Origin: Octopus sinensis
Taxonomy: Eukaryota
Assembly (NCBI RefSeq): GCF_006345805.1
Contig: NC_043013.1
Span: 53,382,001 to 53,446,000, forward strand
Direction: 5' to 3'
Length of the DNA: 64,000 bases
Position numbers and translations under genes: made by a program. Every line of letters starts with the position of its first letter. The stretch's first letter is position 1. The notes beneath the pieces were generated by a model. It was not told the DNA's origin. It saw nothing but the letters and a program-made list of their open reading frames with translations, and made no database searches. This document shows, one piece after another, positions 23,367-37,920 of the stretch.

Positions 23367-24195
23367 CTAGTAGTAGTTGTAGGATTAGAAGTATTAGAGC
23401 TTTCTTCCTACTAAATTGAACTATTTTGATTGGTTTTCGTTAGACACACACGTGTATATATGTATATATGTATATATATATATATGGCATATAAATATAC
23501 ATATATGTACCTCTATATATATATGTATATGTATATATACATATATACATATATAATATATTTATATATATATATATATATATTATATAATCCATGTATA
23601 GCTTTCTTGTTCGCGGCCCGTACTTCAGCACTTATCATTTAATTTCATCCTCAAATAGCCTGATATGATAACTCGAGCTGATTGCTTTGAAAGTGCCATC
23701 TACAGAAGCTGAGAGGAGAAAACAACAACAACAACAACGGCAACAACACAAAAAACCAACCATCTTTGATGAAAAGGCATTTCCTCGGAAGCCAAAGTGA
23801 CAAATACATAAAACTGTAGAAATATTTGTCTTTTTTCTGACAAATAAATTCATCTGGTACCGTTTAGGATGTATTAAGAATTTCATGGTTTAGTAAACAT
23901 CCAATTGAATCGAAAATCCAGACACTGTGAAGTTATGTAATAGGAGAAAATTAAGGAACAAAAACTAATAAGTATGTGTGTGTGAGAGAGATTAAGAGAG
24001 AGGGGAAACTTAAGTATATGTATATAAATGGTTGTACACAACCACAAATACACACACACACACATACACATACACACATACATACAAACACATTTGATGT
24101 CCAAAGGTTGATACCGCTTTTCTTGATTTGGTTTTGCGAGAAAGACAAATATGATATATCATACGTATACGCATGCATACATATATATATGCACA

Positions 24196-24247
<52 letters not shown>

Positions 24248-25074
24248 TATACGTATGTATATATATATATATATATGCATGTATGTATGTATGTATGAAT
24301 GTATATATATATATATATATTATATATATATATATATACATATATGTGCATATATATATGTATACGTGAGGTGTGTTATTTACGTTATATATAAATATAT
24401 ATGTCGGTGTATGTATATATGTGTATGTTTGTTCTTGATCATATATAGACATATAGATAGATAAAGAGAGAGAGAGAGAGAGAAGGAGAGAGAGGAAGAG
24501 AGATAAAAGAAAGAGCGAAAGACAAACACACAGACATATATAGGAGTGAATGCACGTAGATTCGCACACACGTTTCCGATTTCTGTCTGCATCTAAAACA
24601 CGAATTTCACGTCACTAATTCTTCTCCTTTCACTAAATTTATTTTGCCTACATCATACAATCATCCCACCCCACTCTCATACCAACGTGAATTATCTCCG
24701 TTTATAATGTTGCTTCGCGTGAGTGGTTTTCTCAGGGAAATCTTTGCAATTATGCAAACTAATGCAATCAGAACCATCCATCAGTCTTTTCCATCTCGTA
24801 AAAAAAAAAAAAAAACGATACTCTCTGTTTATTGGTCAGATAGTTTTGGGATAAGCTTGCTTTGATGGTGAGGTCTAAAATGATGGATAAATGTCTGTAA
24901 TGTTCAACGTTTTCGTGATCAAAGGTCACACTTCACTACTAAGGACAAAATTTATTTTCCGGGAAAAGAATTCTTAATCTCTAGAAATTATCTCCCTTTT
25001 CTTTGAAACTTGGAAAATTTGTTGGTTCCACAACTAAAAAGCAAATTTCAGTAACATTTTATTCACACTTATAT

Positions 25075-25925
25075 GTATACGAGTAGGTATGTAGTTCTGT
25101 AGCGCACCCACAGTTTGCAGCACATGGTTGTGTGAACAGGGAGGGTAGCACTGACCATCATGACGCATGTGCCGAGTGGCATCGCCATGTTTCCTTCATA
25201 AGTTGTAAAATGTGTGTCTTTGTAATCACGTGTATGTTGTAATCTTGAGATGTTTTTCGTGGACAGGAAAAAAGAGCCAACGTGAAATTTTGCGTTAAAC
25301 TTGGGAAGTCTGCAACAGAGATATTGAGACTGCGTCGGCAAGCTGATAACGACGAGGCAATAAGTCGTACGCAATGGTTCGAATGGCACGAGCACTTCAA
25401 AAGCGGAAGAACGTCCGTACAAGATGATGAGCGATCTTGAAGATCTGCCAGAAGCATCACACTCGGATATGTGGGATTGCGCATTGAGAATTCGTCCTCC
25501 AGGTGCCGACCGTCAATGGAGAGTTCTACTGCGGACTTTGAAGCGTTTGAGAGAGAACATTCGGTGAAAGCCACCTGATCTGTGGAGCGCAAAGCATTGA
25601 ATTCTTCACCGAGTTCTCCTCACTCGTGTGTTTCTCGCCAAAATCAAAATGGGATCACTTCGGTACCTACGCTGTTCGCTAAATTTAGCACCTTCCGACT
25701 TCCATCCCTTGATGAACATGCAGCTCAAACGTTGTTTCAACAGCGAAAGGCAGATGGTCATCGACTGGTTTCACGGAAAACCACTTCCAGGGACAGATAA
25801 TATAAGTGGCCGGAACGAATCTGGGACCACGGTATTGGTACGCAAGGAGGCTATTTCGATGGCGATGATGTTACAACTTAAAGAAATAAGTTTTTTTTTT
25901 ATTAAACATAGTTCGGCAACCTATC
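25075..25925 (+). mobile_element. Mariner transposase relic with internal deletions
   Basis: Reads RANVKFCVKLGKSATE...SRTQWFEWHEHFKSGRTSVQDDERS (N-terminal HTH), then EFVPPG.TVNGEFY..LKRLRENI and SLNLAPSDF (SPDLAPSDF-like). Frameshifts and stops are present. Confidence 0.8.
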
Positions 25926-25960
25926 TATACCAACATGTATATACATACATACATAAATTA

Positions 25961-25991
<31 letters not shown>

Positions 25992-26167
25992 GTGTGTGTG
26001 TGTGTGTGTGTTGTGTGGTATATGTGTATATATATACTACATAAATATATATATATATGTGCATACATATACACACTCATGCACGCGCACACAAACACAT
26101 GCAAACATACACACATATATATATATACATAACTTCATGATAACAACATATATGTCCATGTGTGTCT

Positions 26168-26325
26168 GCACAGGTGTGGCTGTGTGGTAAGAAGCTGGCT
26201 TCTCAACCGCATGGTTCTAGGTTCAGTCCCACTATATGAGAGCTTGGGCAAGTCATCACGGGACGACCAAAATCTTGTGTATTGATTTGGTTGCCGGAAA
26301 ATGAAAGAAGCCCGTCTTATGTATA

Positions 26326-26363
<38 letters not shown>

Positions 26364-26592
26364 ATATATATATATATGTATATATATATGTATATGTATA
26401 TGTATATGTTTGCATGTTTTGTGTTTGTTCCCCACCATCTCTTGACAACCACGTAACTTACAGATTTGGCAAAAAGAGACAGATTGAAGTACTAGGCTTA
26501 CAAAGAATAAGTCCTGAGGACGCTTTGTTCGACTGAAGGCGGTGAGTCAGCATGGCCGCAGTTAAAGGACTGAAACAAGTAAAAGAATAAAA
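26168..26592 (+). mobile_element. tRNA-derived SINE family B, full length with internal (AT)n
   Basis: Head CAGGTGTGGCTGTGTGGTAAGAAGC...GGTTCAGTCCC and the family B tail. Confidence 0.78.
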
Positions 26593-26612
26593 GCATATAT
26601 ACATACACACAC

Positions 26613-26643
<31 letters not shown>

Positions 26644-26672
26644 TATATATGTAGATAGATAGATAGTTAGAT

Positions 26673-26777
<105 letters not shown>

Positions 26778-27514
26778 GTAGATAGATAGATAGATAGATA
26801 GATGCAAACCCCAACACAAGATCTAGCATTCAATCTCTACCTACTTTACCAGGTATTCCTAAATAGTCTTATAGTCTTACTTACTAGATCAACTTACAAC
26901 TCATTCAGCTCCTTTGATATTATTTAGTTGAAAACTGGAAATTGCTCATTGATGAAACACCGTAAATTATATCTGAAGCTATAGCTTCAAAGAAAGCAAC
27001 CTACTAGAAGAGAAGAGAGGCTTCGACGCCATTTTACTAACCACTGATGTGAAGACCAATATGGTGTCATTTCGGTTATGATAAAGAGAAAGATATCTTA
27101 TAAATGAATGCGCTAAAATTCGAAGAACCGAAATATCAAATAAAACATGACTGATTCCTATACATGTTGGAAATCTACGAATTCTCAGAATATTCATTTT
27201 TATTCTCAAGTATGCAGTAGTTTTGCATTTTTTTCAATCATAGATGGCGTAGATACGCACTTCCGTGAATTTCCAGTCTCAATGCACTTGTTTTAAACAT
27301 TTACTATTACATATAATATTTTTCTAATGTTATTTTTACATTTATTTATATACAGAGAAATTACATGCTAGACAGAATATTAAATGCTTCACCTTAATTA
27401 AAATATTCTACACTTCATTATATTAGAATATTTTGTTTCAGTTTATGTATTTTTTAATGTTTAGTTCAAATGTCATTAAATACAGAAAGAGAGAGAAAGG
27501 TAGGTAGATAAATG

Positions 27515-27576
<62 letters not shown>

Positions 27577-27630
27577 CAGACAGATAGACATAGTTATACT
27601 TGTGGATGTTTACATTAATATGTGTGTATA

Positions 27631-27876
27631 AAGACCCTCTTCGGTCATAGGATTACACCTAGCAAGTTACCCTTCGAGGTACAAGTCCGGAGAAAATTGA
27701 TTATAGAAGACCAACAATTACCCATGCATACCAGCCTCGCCTCGCCATGCCACTGAGGTTATTCATTGGAAAGACAAAGAGGCCGATACAGCTTGGCACC
27801 TGTGACGTCGCAACTCATTTCTACAGCTCAGTGAACAGGAGCAACGTGAAATAAAGTATCTTGCTCAAGAACACAA
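27631..27876 (-). mobile_element. SINE family C, head lost at the transposon junction
   Basis: Homologous to 2296-2535. It stops at ACACA where the maT relic begins. Confidence 0.7.
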
Positions 27877-27879
27877 GCG

Positions 27880-29010
27880 TAAACTTATTCAACAAAGTCG
27901 CCCTTGGCTTAAACCACGGCCTCCAGACGACTTCGGAATCTCCTGCAACTCTTCTAGACGGTCTCTTTCTTTATGTTGATGAATGCTGCTATAATTCTTG
28001 CCTTCATTTCATCTTTTGTGTTTTAAGGAGTTTTGTTGGTCTCTCGCTCAACTGTACCCCACGCATAATAATCAAGGGGTTTGCAGGCTTAGGAGTTAAG
28101 AGGCTAGATGTGGTCAGAGAAATTGTCTGACAGCAATAACTGTGTTCTCCTGCTTGTGTGGCATGGTGAATTGTCCTGTTGCCAGACATACAGTCTTCCA
28201 GCAGCCACCCTCTTGACCCAGGACAGCACAGCCACCTCCACAAACTTGATGTAGGCCTCCGTGTCGTGTCTGAGACCATGTGGAAAGACGATTTGAGGCA
28301 TAACGTCTCCTTCACTAGTGATCACCCCAAACACCATGATGTTGACTGGATGTTTGATTTTTTTACCACTCTCCGTACATGTTTTGCGGAAACTGCAAGC
28401 CAACAGTTGTTCTGTGTGTTCACCATCTGATCCTGGCAGAAATTTTTCTCGTCTGAGAAAAACTAAAGCATACTCGGTTGGAAGGGGTGCTTGAGATTGT
28501 TCAAAAGCTTCGTAATGCGATCTTTCCTCTTGTCCTTGGTGACTTGGGATAAAAACTGTCACTTTCACATCTTTTATGAGGAATATCGAATGTCTTCATG
28601 CACAACCTGCCTGATAAGAAACTCAGACGCTCCCATGTCCCTGGCAACGTACCTGATTGACTTGGAGGGATCGTTGTCAAACATGGCCTGGATCTCACCA
28701 ACAAATTGAGGAGTTGTTTTCTTATCGGAACGACCAGAGTGAGTTTTTCCAGCTGCCGTACCTTCATAAACACCATTAGACTCATCCAACTCTTCTCGAA
28801 TCCTCTATACTGTTCATATTGGAGCTTCCGGCACGAATGCTAAGCAGAACAGCATGTCGTTTCCAAATTTGTGACAGAGTGAATTGCGTCGTGGTGTTGT
28901 TCTTCTCATAGACGGTGCGCAACTGACCCTACTATACTGTGTAGTCGACAAAAGCAAAAAACAAACAATGCGCATGCGCGCATTTAAAAATATAAATGTC
29001 GATAATTTAT
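27880..29010 (-). mobile_element. Near-complete Tc1/mariner-superfamily (maT/DD37D-like) transposase pseudogene
   Basis: Reads ELDESNG...TPQFVGEIQAMFDNDPSKSIR...KHPVNIMVFGVITSEGDVMP...YVWQQDNSPCHTSRRTQ...KPLDYYAWG.VERETNK...RSRLEAVV. The third catalytic residue is D (PLDY). Stop at 27885-27887. Multiple stops and frameshifts. DD37D spacing cannot be counted because of a local deletion. Confidence 0.82.
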
Positions 29011-29248
29011 CCAGAGAAAGAGAGAGACAAGGATAGATATTTGTAAATTTTTATATATATATATATATATATATAGATATATATATATAAATGTATTTTT
29101 TGTGTGTGTTTGTGTACGTGTATTCATGTTTCCTTATATATATATATTTATATATATATATTGCGTAAACATGCGCATATATCATATATATAGATAGATA
29201 TATACATACAATCAAACCTGATGCGTATATATATATGTGTGTGTGTGT

Positions 29249-29322
<74 letters not shown>

Positions 29323-29374
29323 GAGGGAGAGGGAGAGAGACAAAGAGAGACAGCCACAGAGAAAGGTGAGAAAC

Positions 29375-29438
<64 letters not shown>

Positions 29439-29770
29439 GTGTGTATTTCTACCTATATATTTGTTATATCTATAGTTGTGCGGCTATAAATCACCCACTA
29501 ACTGAATCGATGATTGTCTCTGTAGATTTACACAGGCACGTTTGACTGCTCAATCAACAAAAACTAGTATTTCTAAGAAATATCACCGAACAGTGATGTT
29601 GTTCCCGATATTTTATAGTCTTATATCTACTCTGCGCTTAGTTAAAAGATAGCAGACCGTGATAAATCAAATTTGAAATGCCAATAATGTGAAATAAAAC
29701 AATTACCCTGTTTCACGTGGGCATATACATGTTTCAATATAAGATATCTGTCCCTGCAATATATATATAT

Positions 29771-29802
<32 letters not shown>

Positions 29803-30074
29803 CGCCTACATATCTGCCTAATGACATACCTTTGTGAGCACATGTATGCACGTCTCTATATATCGTCGTACCTCTTTTGAAATAAATCTGCATTTATCAC
29901 TTATCATTAAGTGAATATCATTAATACAGACGACTCATTGCCATTTATATCTCATTGCCATTTCTCACACGTTGACATCAATCTTTCTTCGCGCTCATAC
30001 ATATGAACATATATACATATACACATACATGTTCCACACCTACATACGCACATACATATCACAGTATTTCAGCT

Positions 30075-30345
30075 CCGACAACGACCGTTAAACGTTGATC
30101 AAAAGGTGATTCCAATTTTGTCTTGATTGTACATTCTCTTCCACCTTGGCCCAAGTTGCTTGACTAAATCGTCACCTCGTCGTTGTGGGGGGTTCCAAGA
30201 GACCATTTCAGGTATCTTGGATACCACTCGACAACTGTACGGGTCCTCCACCTGTTGTCTGTCAGCTTTGCGACATGTACGGCCCATCGGAAATTTTGCT
30301 TCCGGTGTTGTGCGATTACATCGTTCAGTCCGCTCCGTTCCAGAA
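30075..30345 (-). mobile_element. RTE-clade LINE 3' fragment
   Basis: FRWAVHVAKLTDNRWRTRTVVEWYPR resembles the RTE motif WAGHV.R..DNRW...V.EW.PR. Confidence 0.7.
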
Positions 30346-31111
30346 TTACATATACACGTGCAAACATGCTACTATGCCTTTATTAGTATGCATATATATA
30401 CGAGGGCTACTTTCAGTTTCTGTCTACCAAATCCACTAAAATCCTTTTGTCGGCCCAAGGCTATAGTAGGAGTTACCCAAAGTGCTATACAGTGGGGCTA
30501 AACCCCGAATCATGTAGTTGAGAAGCAAACCTCTTACCACCCGGCCACGCTTGCACCTTTGAATAACAATTCTGAAGAATACATTTCTCGTGATGTTAAT
30601 GTGACTGAACATAAATATACGAAAAATGTTAATTTCGAAAAGCCCTTTTGTTGCCAACCCGCCAGAGAGCTCCTCTCGCTTAATCATACAAACTTTCTGC
30701 CTTAAAGAGATCTAAATCAATATATTCCCTGAAATTTTCATGTTAATTAATGTTCCAAACAACAGCGGAATAAATAATAAAGATATTTTACTAAATTCCT
30801 CGTTATTGTCAAGATGACTTGAAACAAAAACGGTGTTTTTCAACAGAAAAATGTTAACAAAAGGTTTCACCGAAATATTCAATATTTTATCTTCCAAAAT
30901 GCAAATCACAGAGGATTTGTAGAATCGATAGGGCGATTGATACCATACATTATGCATTGATTAATTTTACAATCTTTTCCAGTTGAAATCGTATGTAGTT
31001 AGGTTCGAATCCAATCAATTTTTGCCAAGTACTTTTGCTACCCGAAGTTTTGTGGGATTTTGGATTTTCTTTTACTATCATATATGTATATGTATATATA
31101 AAATATAATAT

Positions 31112-31170
<59 letters not shown>

Positions 31171-31706
31171 AAATAGGGAAATGGAGAAATACATCTTATC
31201 AATAATCAACTACCAGATAATGCCCAATCGCATAATTTATTAAACCACTACATATGAACATTAAGGTCAAACATAATAATATAGAACAAAACAGTGTACA
31301 TGAAGGAGTAATAAATATAAATATAAATAAAACTACATCTTACAGCTGTTTCGGCCATGCAGATATAGGTGTCTCATTTTCCTCATATTAGCTATGTGTG
31401 ATAGGTCAATATGTAGTTATAAATGAGACACTTACAAAAATATCCCAAGGTCTTTTCGGAGATTATGAAATACAAACTAAATTAAATATGAATATCAGAG
31501 GAGGTACACCCATACAAGTGTGGGTACATACCCATGTGGTAAAACATTTTACGTTTGCCCATATAATACGGTAAATGAATTAATTACATCGCAATTCTTA
31601 ACATTTATGTATTAACTTTGTTGGGTACTTCACTAGCAGTATATTGGATATATGTTATCCCATGGAGGATTGCATTTACAACCCCTATCTCAATTTGTAA
31701 CTATAT

Positions 31707-31796
<90 letters not shown>

Positions 31797-32598
31797 CTAT
31801 ATATATATTATATATATATATTATTTATATATATACATACATACATACATACATATACTTAGAAGAGATGCGTAGCGTTCATCATATTATATATTGGGGT
31901 ACAATCTTTTGGCCAATATGGAATATTTACCTAACGTGGGAAGCATCCAGAATAGTCAGCACGCCGGTGAAGTTGCTTTGAAGCATTTCGTCCGTCTTTA
32001 CGTTCTAAATTCAAATTCTGCCGAAGTTGACTTTGCTTTTCGTCCCTTCGGGGTCGCTAAAACAAGTACCAGTTGATTACTGGGGTCGATGTAACCGGCT
32101 TACTCCCCTTTTCCGAAGCAACTGGCCTTGGGTCAATATTTCACTCCACTATGAATAGCAAAGGCCTATTCTTTCACATTCTTTTAGCTGACCCTAAAAA
32201 TAAAGAGTTTATTTTTATTTTATTTTTATTTATTTTTATAAAAGTAAGAAATGTTTCACTTTTTGAAATAAGATCCATCAATTCTAAAATCAGCACAGGC
32301 TATGCTTTATTTAATTACATGAAAAAGAAAAACAAATGATTAGTAAAACAAAAAAATAAATAAACAAAGAAAAGTTAATGGAGAAAAATGTGCGACCAAA
32401 TTTAACAAAGTATCGGAGAAAATTATAAAATTACACATTAAAAATCGAAGGGAAATATGAGAGTATTATAAAAACGGCTCCGAGAGTGACTGGAAATTAT
32501 TGAATACGTATAATGAATGACAAGGTGTTCAGCTGTACTTTTATCAAGAATATCAATACAGAACGTCTCACGTATACACACACCACACACACTCATAA

Positions 32599-32659
<61 letters not shown>

Positions 32660-32739
32660 TATATACACATACATACATACATACATATATGTATGTATGT
32701 ATGTATACACAGATTTGTGTATAGTATTTGTGAATGCAT

Positions 32740-33075
32740 AGGTGGAAGCGTGGCTGTGTGGTAAGAAAGTTGCTTCCGGCCCACATTGTGTTCGGGTTCA
32801 GTTCTTCACTGCATGGCACTGAGGGCAAGTGTCTTCTACTATAGACTCGGGCCGACCAAAGCCTTGTGACTGGATTTGGTAGGTGGAAACGGAATGAAGC
32901 CTGTCGTATATACATATTTTTGCTTCTCCACCATCTCCGTAACATAGCCGTTCGGCAAAAGAGACCGACAGAATAAGTACCAGGCTTTGCAAAGAATAAG
33001 TCCTTGGATAGATTTGTCCGACTAAAAGGTGGTGCTCCACCATGGCCACATTCAAAATAACTAAAACAAATAAAA
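32740..33075 (+). mobile_element. SINE family B
   Basis: GGAAGCGTGGCTGTGTGGTAAGAAAG head and GGTGGTGCTCCACCATGGCC tail. Confidence 0.72.
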
Positions 33076-34014
33076 TAATAAAAGTGTATATATAAATGAA
33101 TGCGTCTGCGTGTGTGTGTGTGTGTCTGCACAAGTCTGTGTTTGGGTTCATCCCTGTAACTGCTTGACAACCTCTGCTTATTTGTTTACGTTGTTGTAAC
33201 ATAGCGGTTCGGCAAAGGACATCGATCGAATAAATATCTCGCTTAAGAATACATGAGGTTGATTCGTTCAACTAAAACCCAATCGGGGCGGTGTCCCAAT
33301 ATGGCTACACTCCAATGATTGAAGCGAGTTCCCGATAAAATATATACAATTTCCATATGCCTTACATCTCCACCTATTTATCTGCAAATATCTGGGTTGA
33401 GAGGGTCATCGTCAGTGTGTTACACCGTTGGAAATACTGTTAGACAAAGTGAAAGAAAGATATGAAACAGAGAAACAAATAAATTATTAAAGAGTGAATC
33501 AGAAGTGTATGAAAGTCAGTGTATTTATAAATATAGGATTTAATATATAGGATTCAATGTTTTCTCATAATTATAAAAGATGTATATCTTATTGACGAAA
33601 TAAATACGAATTTGGGACAGGTTCGTTAAGCATCTCTCTCTATCTCTCTCTGTTCTTTTCTCTCTTGCTTGTTCTATCTCTTCCTCTTTTTTCCTCTCTT
33701 TTTTCTTCATAACAGCTAATTATCTCGTTATGTGATTGACGAAGGAAAATTTGGAAAATATAGAATAAGAATCTGAGATAACTTGTGTGTTCTTTGTTAA
33801 TGTCTACAGGAAGTTTTCGAAAGTTACCAAATTTGACTTGTGTGTTACTGTTATATTTTAAACTACTTAATTATATTAGTTATGTTGTTACACTAATGAC
33901 TTATATTAGCTCTCGGTGTATAATGATAATCGATATAAATGTCGAGTGGTTGGTTGTTTGGTTTCTCCAGTCACACTTCACATCGTATGGAGAGAAGGGG
34001 AGAAAGTGTACTGT

Positions 34015-34372
34015 GGTGCGCGTGGTAAGACGTTTGCTTCCCAACCTCGCAGTTCCAGGGTCAGTCCCGCTGAGTGACAACATGGGCAAGTAGCTTCTGC
34101 TATAGCCTCGGGCCGACAAAATCCTTGTGAGTGGATTTGGTAGACGGAAACTGAAAGAAACCTGTCGTATATTTATGTGTGTGTGTGTGTGTGTGTGTGT
34201 GTAGTGTGTACCTGTGTTTGACCTCCACCAACTCATGAGAGTCGCTATAAAAGCATCAGGCTTTAAAAAGACAAATAAACACTATTGTGAATTCGTACCA
34301 CTAAAACTTCATCCGGGAAGTGGTCCAGCATGGCCGCAGTCGAATGACTGAAACAAATAAAAGATAAAAGAT
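34015..34372 (+). mobile_element. SINE family B (internally deleted)
   Basis: GCTTCCCAACC..GGGTCAGTCCC..GGCCGACAAAATCCTTGTGAGTGGATTTGGTAGACGGAAACTG, plus the family tail. Confidence 0.7.
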
Positions 34373-34723
34373 ACAAAGCTTGGTGGGAGGACATGAGTCA
34401 CAGAATGAGAGACACAAACTGAGGGTAAGAAAAAGAATCCTAGAAATAAATGAGTCTGAGGAGGGGGGGCGGTAAATTTCAGAATATTTATGTGAGGTAG
34501 TTGTGCACCTGGAAGCATATTTAACTTTATTCTAAGGTAATAAGTATTTTTTATTTTTAAAATTTGATTTCGGTTCACCACTTTGTATAAGCACCAAGAA
34601 ATTTGATAAAATTAACGTCATAGTACATGAATTCTACAAAAAATAGAGAAACCCTCGAACCCAAATTAGCTCTCTCTACATATATCTCTCTATCTCTCTC
34701 TCACTCTGTATATACATACGTAC

Positions 34724-34756
<33 letters not shown>

Positions 34757-34828
34757 CAGAGAGAGAGAGAGAGAGAGAGAGAGGTTAAATACATTAATGA
34801 ATTTTATTAACATACATATATTCTTAAA

Positions 34829-35137
34829 GACTCCGCGGTTACGACGACGAGGGTCCCAGTGATACGATCAACGGAACAGCTTGCTCGTGAATTAACGTGC
34901 AAATGGCTGAGCATCCACAGACACGTGTACCCTTAACGTAGGTCTCGGGGAAAATCAGCGTGACACAGAGAGTGACAAGCTGACCCTTTGAAATACAAGT
35001 AAACTCATTTTTGCCAGCTGAGTGGACTGGAGCAACGTGAAATAAAGTGTCTTGCTCAAGGACACAACGCGTCGCGGGAATCGAACTCACAACCTTACGA
35101 TCATGAGCCGAATGCCCTAACCCAGCCACGCGCCCTC
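34829..35137 (-). mobile_element. tRNA-derived SINE family D
   Basis: Minus head GGCGCGTGGCTGGGTTAGGGC...GAGTTCGATTCCC. Homologous to 12586-12901. Confidence 0.78.
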
Positions 35138-35234
35138 ACAACATACATATATAATATATACTTATATGTACATATACATATGTGTGTGTGTGCGTGTGTT
35201 TGTGTGCATGCATATATGTATGTATGTCATTGTT

Positions 35235-35790
35235 CCGTTTATTTCAAGATTTTTTGCCCAGACACAAAGAGCCGGTTTCTAACCTCGATCCAAGTCTCCT
35301 TCATTGGAATTTCAACATCAAAAACATTGGAAATTTTTTATGTATGTATGTATGTATGTATGCATGTATGTATGAATGTATGTATGTATGTATGATGTAT
35401 GTATGCATGTATATATGTATGTATGTATGCATGCATGTATGTATGCATGTATGTATGAATGTATGTATGTATGCATGCATGTATGTAAGCATGTATGTAT
35501 GTATGTATGTATGAATGTATGCATGTATGTATGTATGAATGTATGTATGTATGAATGTATGTATGTATGCATGTATGTATGCATGTATGTATGTATGAAT
35601 GTATGTATGTATGAATGTATGTATGTATGAATGTATGTATGTATGTATGCAGGCATTGTGTGTGTGTATGAACGTATGAATGTATGTATGTATGAATGTA
35701 TGTATGCATGTATGTATGTATGTATGTATGTATGTATGCACGCATGCATGTATGTATGCATGTATGTATGTACGTATGTATGTATGCGTG
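35235..35790 (-). mobile_element. (CATA)n-associated LINE 3' terminus plus about 450 bp of (ATGT)n
   Basis: TTTCAAGATTT..AAAGAGCCGGTTTCTAACC..GATCCAAG..CTTCATTGGAATT.CAACATCAA matches 9678-9760. Confidence 0.7.
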
Positions 35791-36421
35791 AGAAAGCGTG
35801 AATTCGAATGAGTGAGTGTATACCGTTTTGTGTGTCGGTCCCTATGTATGTGGTATTTATTCTTGTGTGTGAGTGCGTAGCCTGAATATCAGGACGCAGA
35901 ATATCAGAATATCAGTGCAAGAATATCAGAACGCTCGTCTCTGTAAATTACTACGATATGCGTCAGCATACGTGACTGCGCTTCCGGTGGTGTGTGTACA
36001 CATGTTAATATATAATTGGCTTATTAACGTGCAATTTTCATTTTGTGTATTTGTCTGTGTGAAGGAATGCTGTAAATTGTCTATGTGTATATCAATCGAT
36101 GCGGAGAGAGTGGAAGACTTGTGGGGGGAGTAAGTATTATAGAGTGAGAATATTGAAATGAAAGTAAAGAAAAGTAGCTATACTAGATACTCTTTAATTT
36201 ATCAAGTTTTTATTAACGAGACACGAAATGCGTATTATAACGAAGCGCCGGTAATTGAAAGATAAATCAACAGAACCTTGATTCTGATAAAACATGCACA
36301 CACATCAACACGCGCAAACATTTGTTCAAATCTCTGAAGTAACACACACTTTCTAACACTTTGAAGCACAACACAAAGGCCAAACGCTTGGCAGATTTTA
36401 TGTATATATATATAATATATA

Positions 36422-36472
<51 letters not shown>

Positions 36473-36491
36473 ATATATAGATATATATATA

Positions 36492-36616
<125 letters not shown>

Positions 36617-37493
36617 GCACCACTAATATATATACATATGTAAATACTTGGATATGTACATACATAAATATAGTGTACCTGCGTACATGAAAGTAAAATC
36701 TTAGTGGCGTCCTCACACAAACACACACACACACACACACACATACTTAGGTATAAACTCATTCCCTTTCCTTCTCTTTTTCTCTCTCACATACGCACAT
36801 TCACTCACATACCCACACATATGTACAAATATGTCTTAAATTAAACTAATGTATCTTGTTTTTACATAATTTAAACCCAATGCAAACAAAACAGAAATTG
36901 GGACAAAAAAATTGGAAATGTTATAATTGGATCTTGACAATACGCTAATGATTTATAGATCAAGGAAATTTTAAACTATTTCTTTCATTAAGTATTTTCT
37001 AGGAAATACTTAATTATAGCTTTAGAAAATCATGACCCTGTTACTTGAAAAATTGACGTTTTCTCTCATTTAACAAACTCACCTTTAATGTTATTTTTTC
37101 GTTTTTCTTTCAATGTACATTTCTGGACAAGAAACAACAATATTTCCTGACAGAAATTATATACAAGAATGTAATTTAAGAAACTTACGTTATATCGATC
37201 TGTTTTACTTTCATTAATTCTTTAAATAAGTCCCCAATTGATATATTTATAGCTGTCTCTTGCGCTACACTTTGCCATTTGCTTATTAACCCAATATGCT
37301 CCGGATACAATGTCAAGTATAAACTATGCCCAATTGGATGCTTACTTAATTGACAGAGCAATAAGAAATACTCTTAAATTTCATTCTTTATTCTTGAAAG
37401 AGGAAGAGATTGAGCGAATTGTAGAGATTGATCGCACCAAGTTGAGCCACAAAAGGCTGCATCAGTCCTCTGCGTGTTTATGTGTGTACATAT

Positions 37494-37537
<44 letters not shown>

Positions 37538-37564
37538 TGTGTATGTATGTATGCATGCCATGAT

Positions 37565-37790
37565 TGACCGACAACCACTAAAGTTTTTTTTTATTCTCCC
37601 TCTGTTTATTTCCTCGTGTTCCTTTCTATTGAAGAGCGTAGGCTCGAAATGTAAAAGACTTTCTCACCTTCCCGAGATTTAAACTGATACACTTGTTTGT
37701 TGCTTACACACCTGTCTTCGTCTTTTGTTTTGTTTTTTGGGTTTTCTTTTTTGTAAATTCTAACTATATATATATAATCAACCGAAATTG
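37565..37790 (+). mobile_element. Penelope-like pseudo-LTR copy
   Basis: Homologous, in inverted orientation, to 37920-38130. Degenerate hammerhead-like motif at 37622-37657. Confidence 0.65.
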
Positions 37791-37880
37791 CGAGGATGAT
37801 CCGGTTCTTGATTGAGGATAGAAAGCTTCGAATGACCCGTCCTTGTGTTTTTTATCGTCTATCTGGATGTTTGTGTCCCT

Positions 37881-37919
<39 letters not shown>

Positions 37920-37920
<1 letters not shown>

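Noticed and set aside
37796-37885. CTGAAGA/TTGAGGA...TTCGAATG repeat (also 9130-9230) as a hammerhead
   Set aside because: It has no proper stem II and GAAU replaces GAAA. Kept only as a TA-associated repeat.
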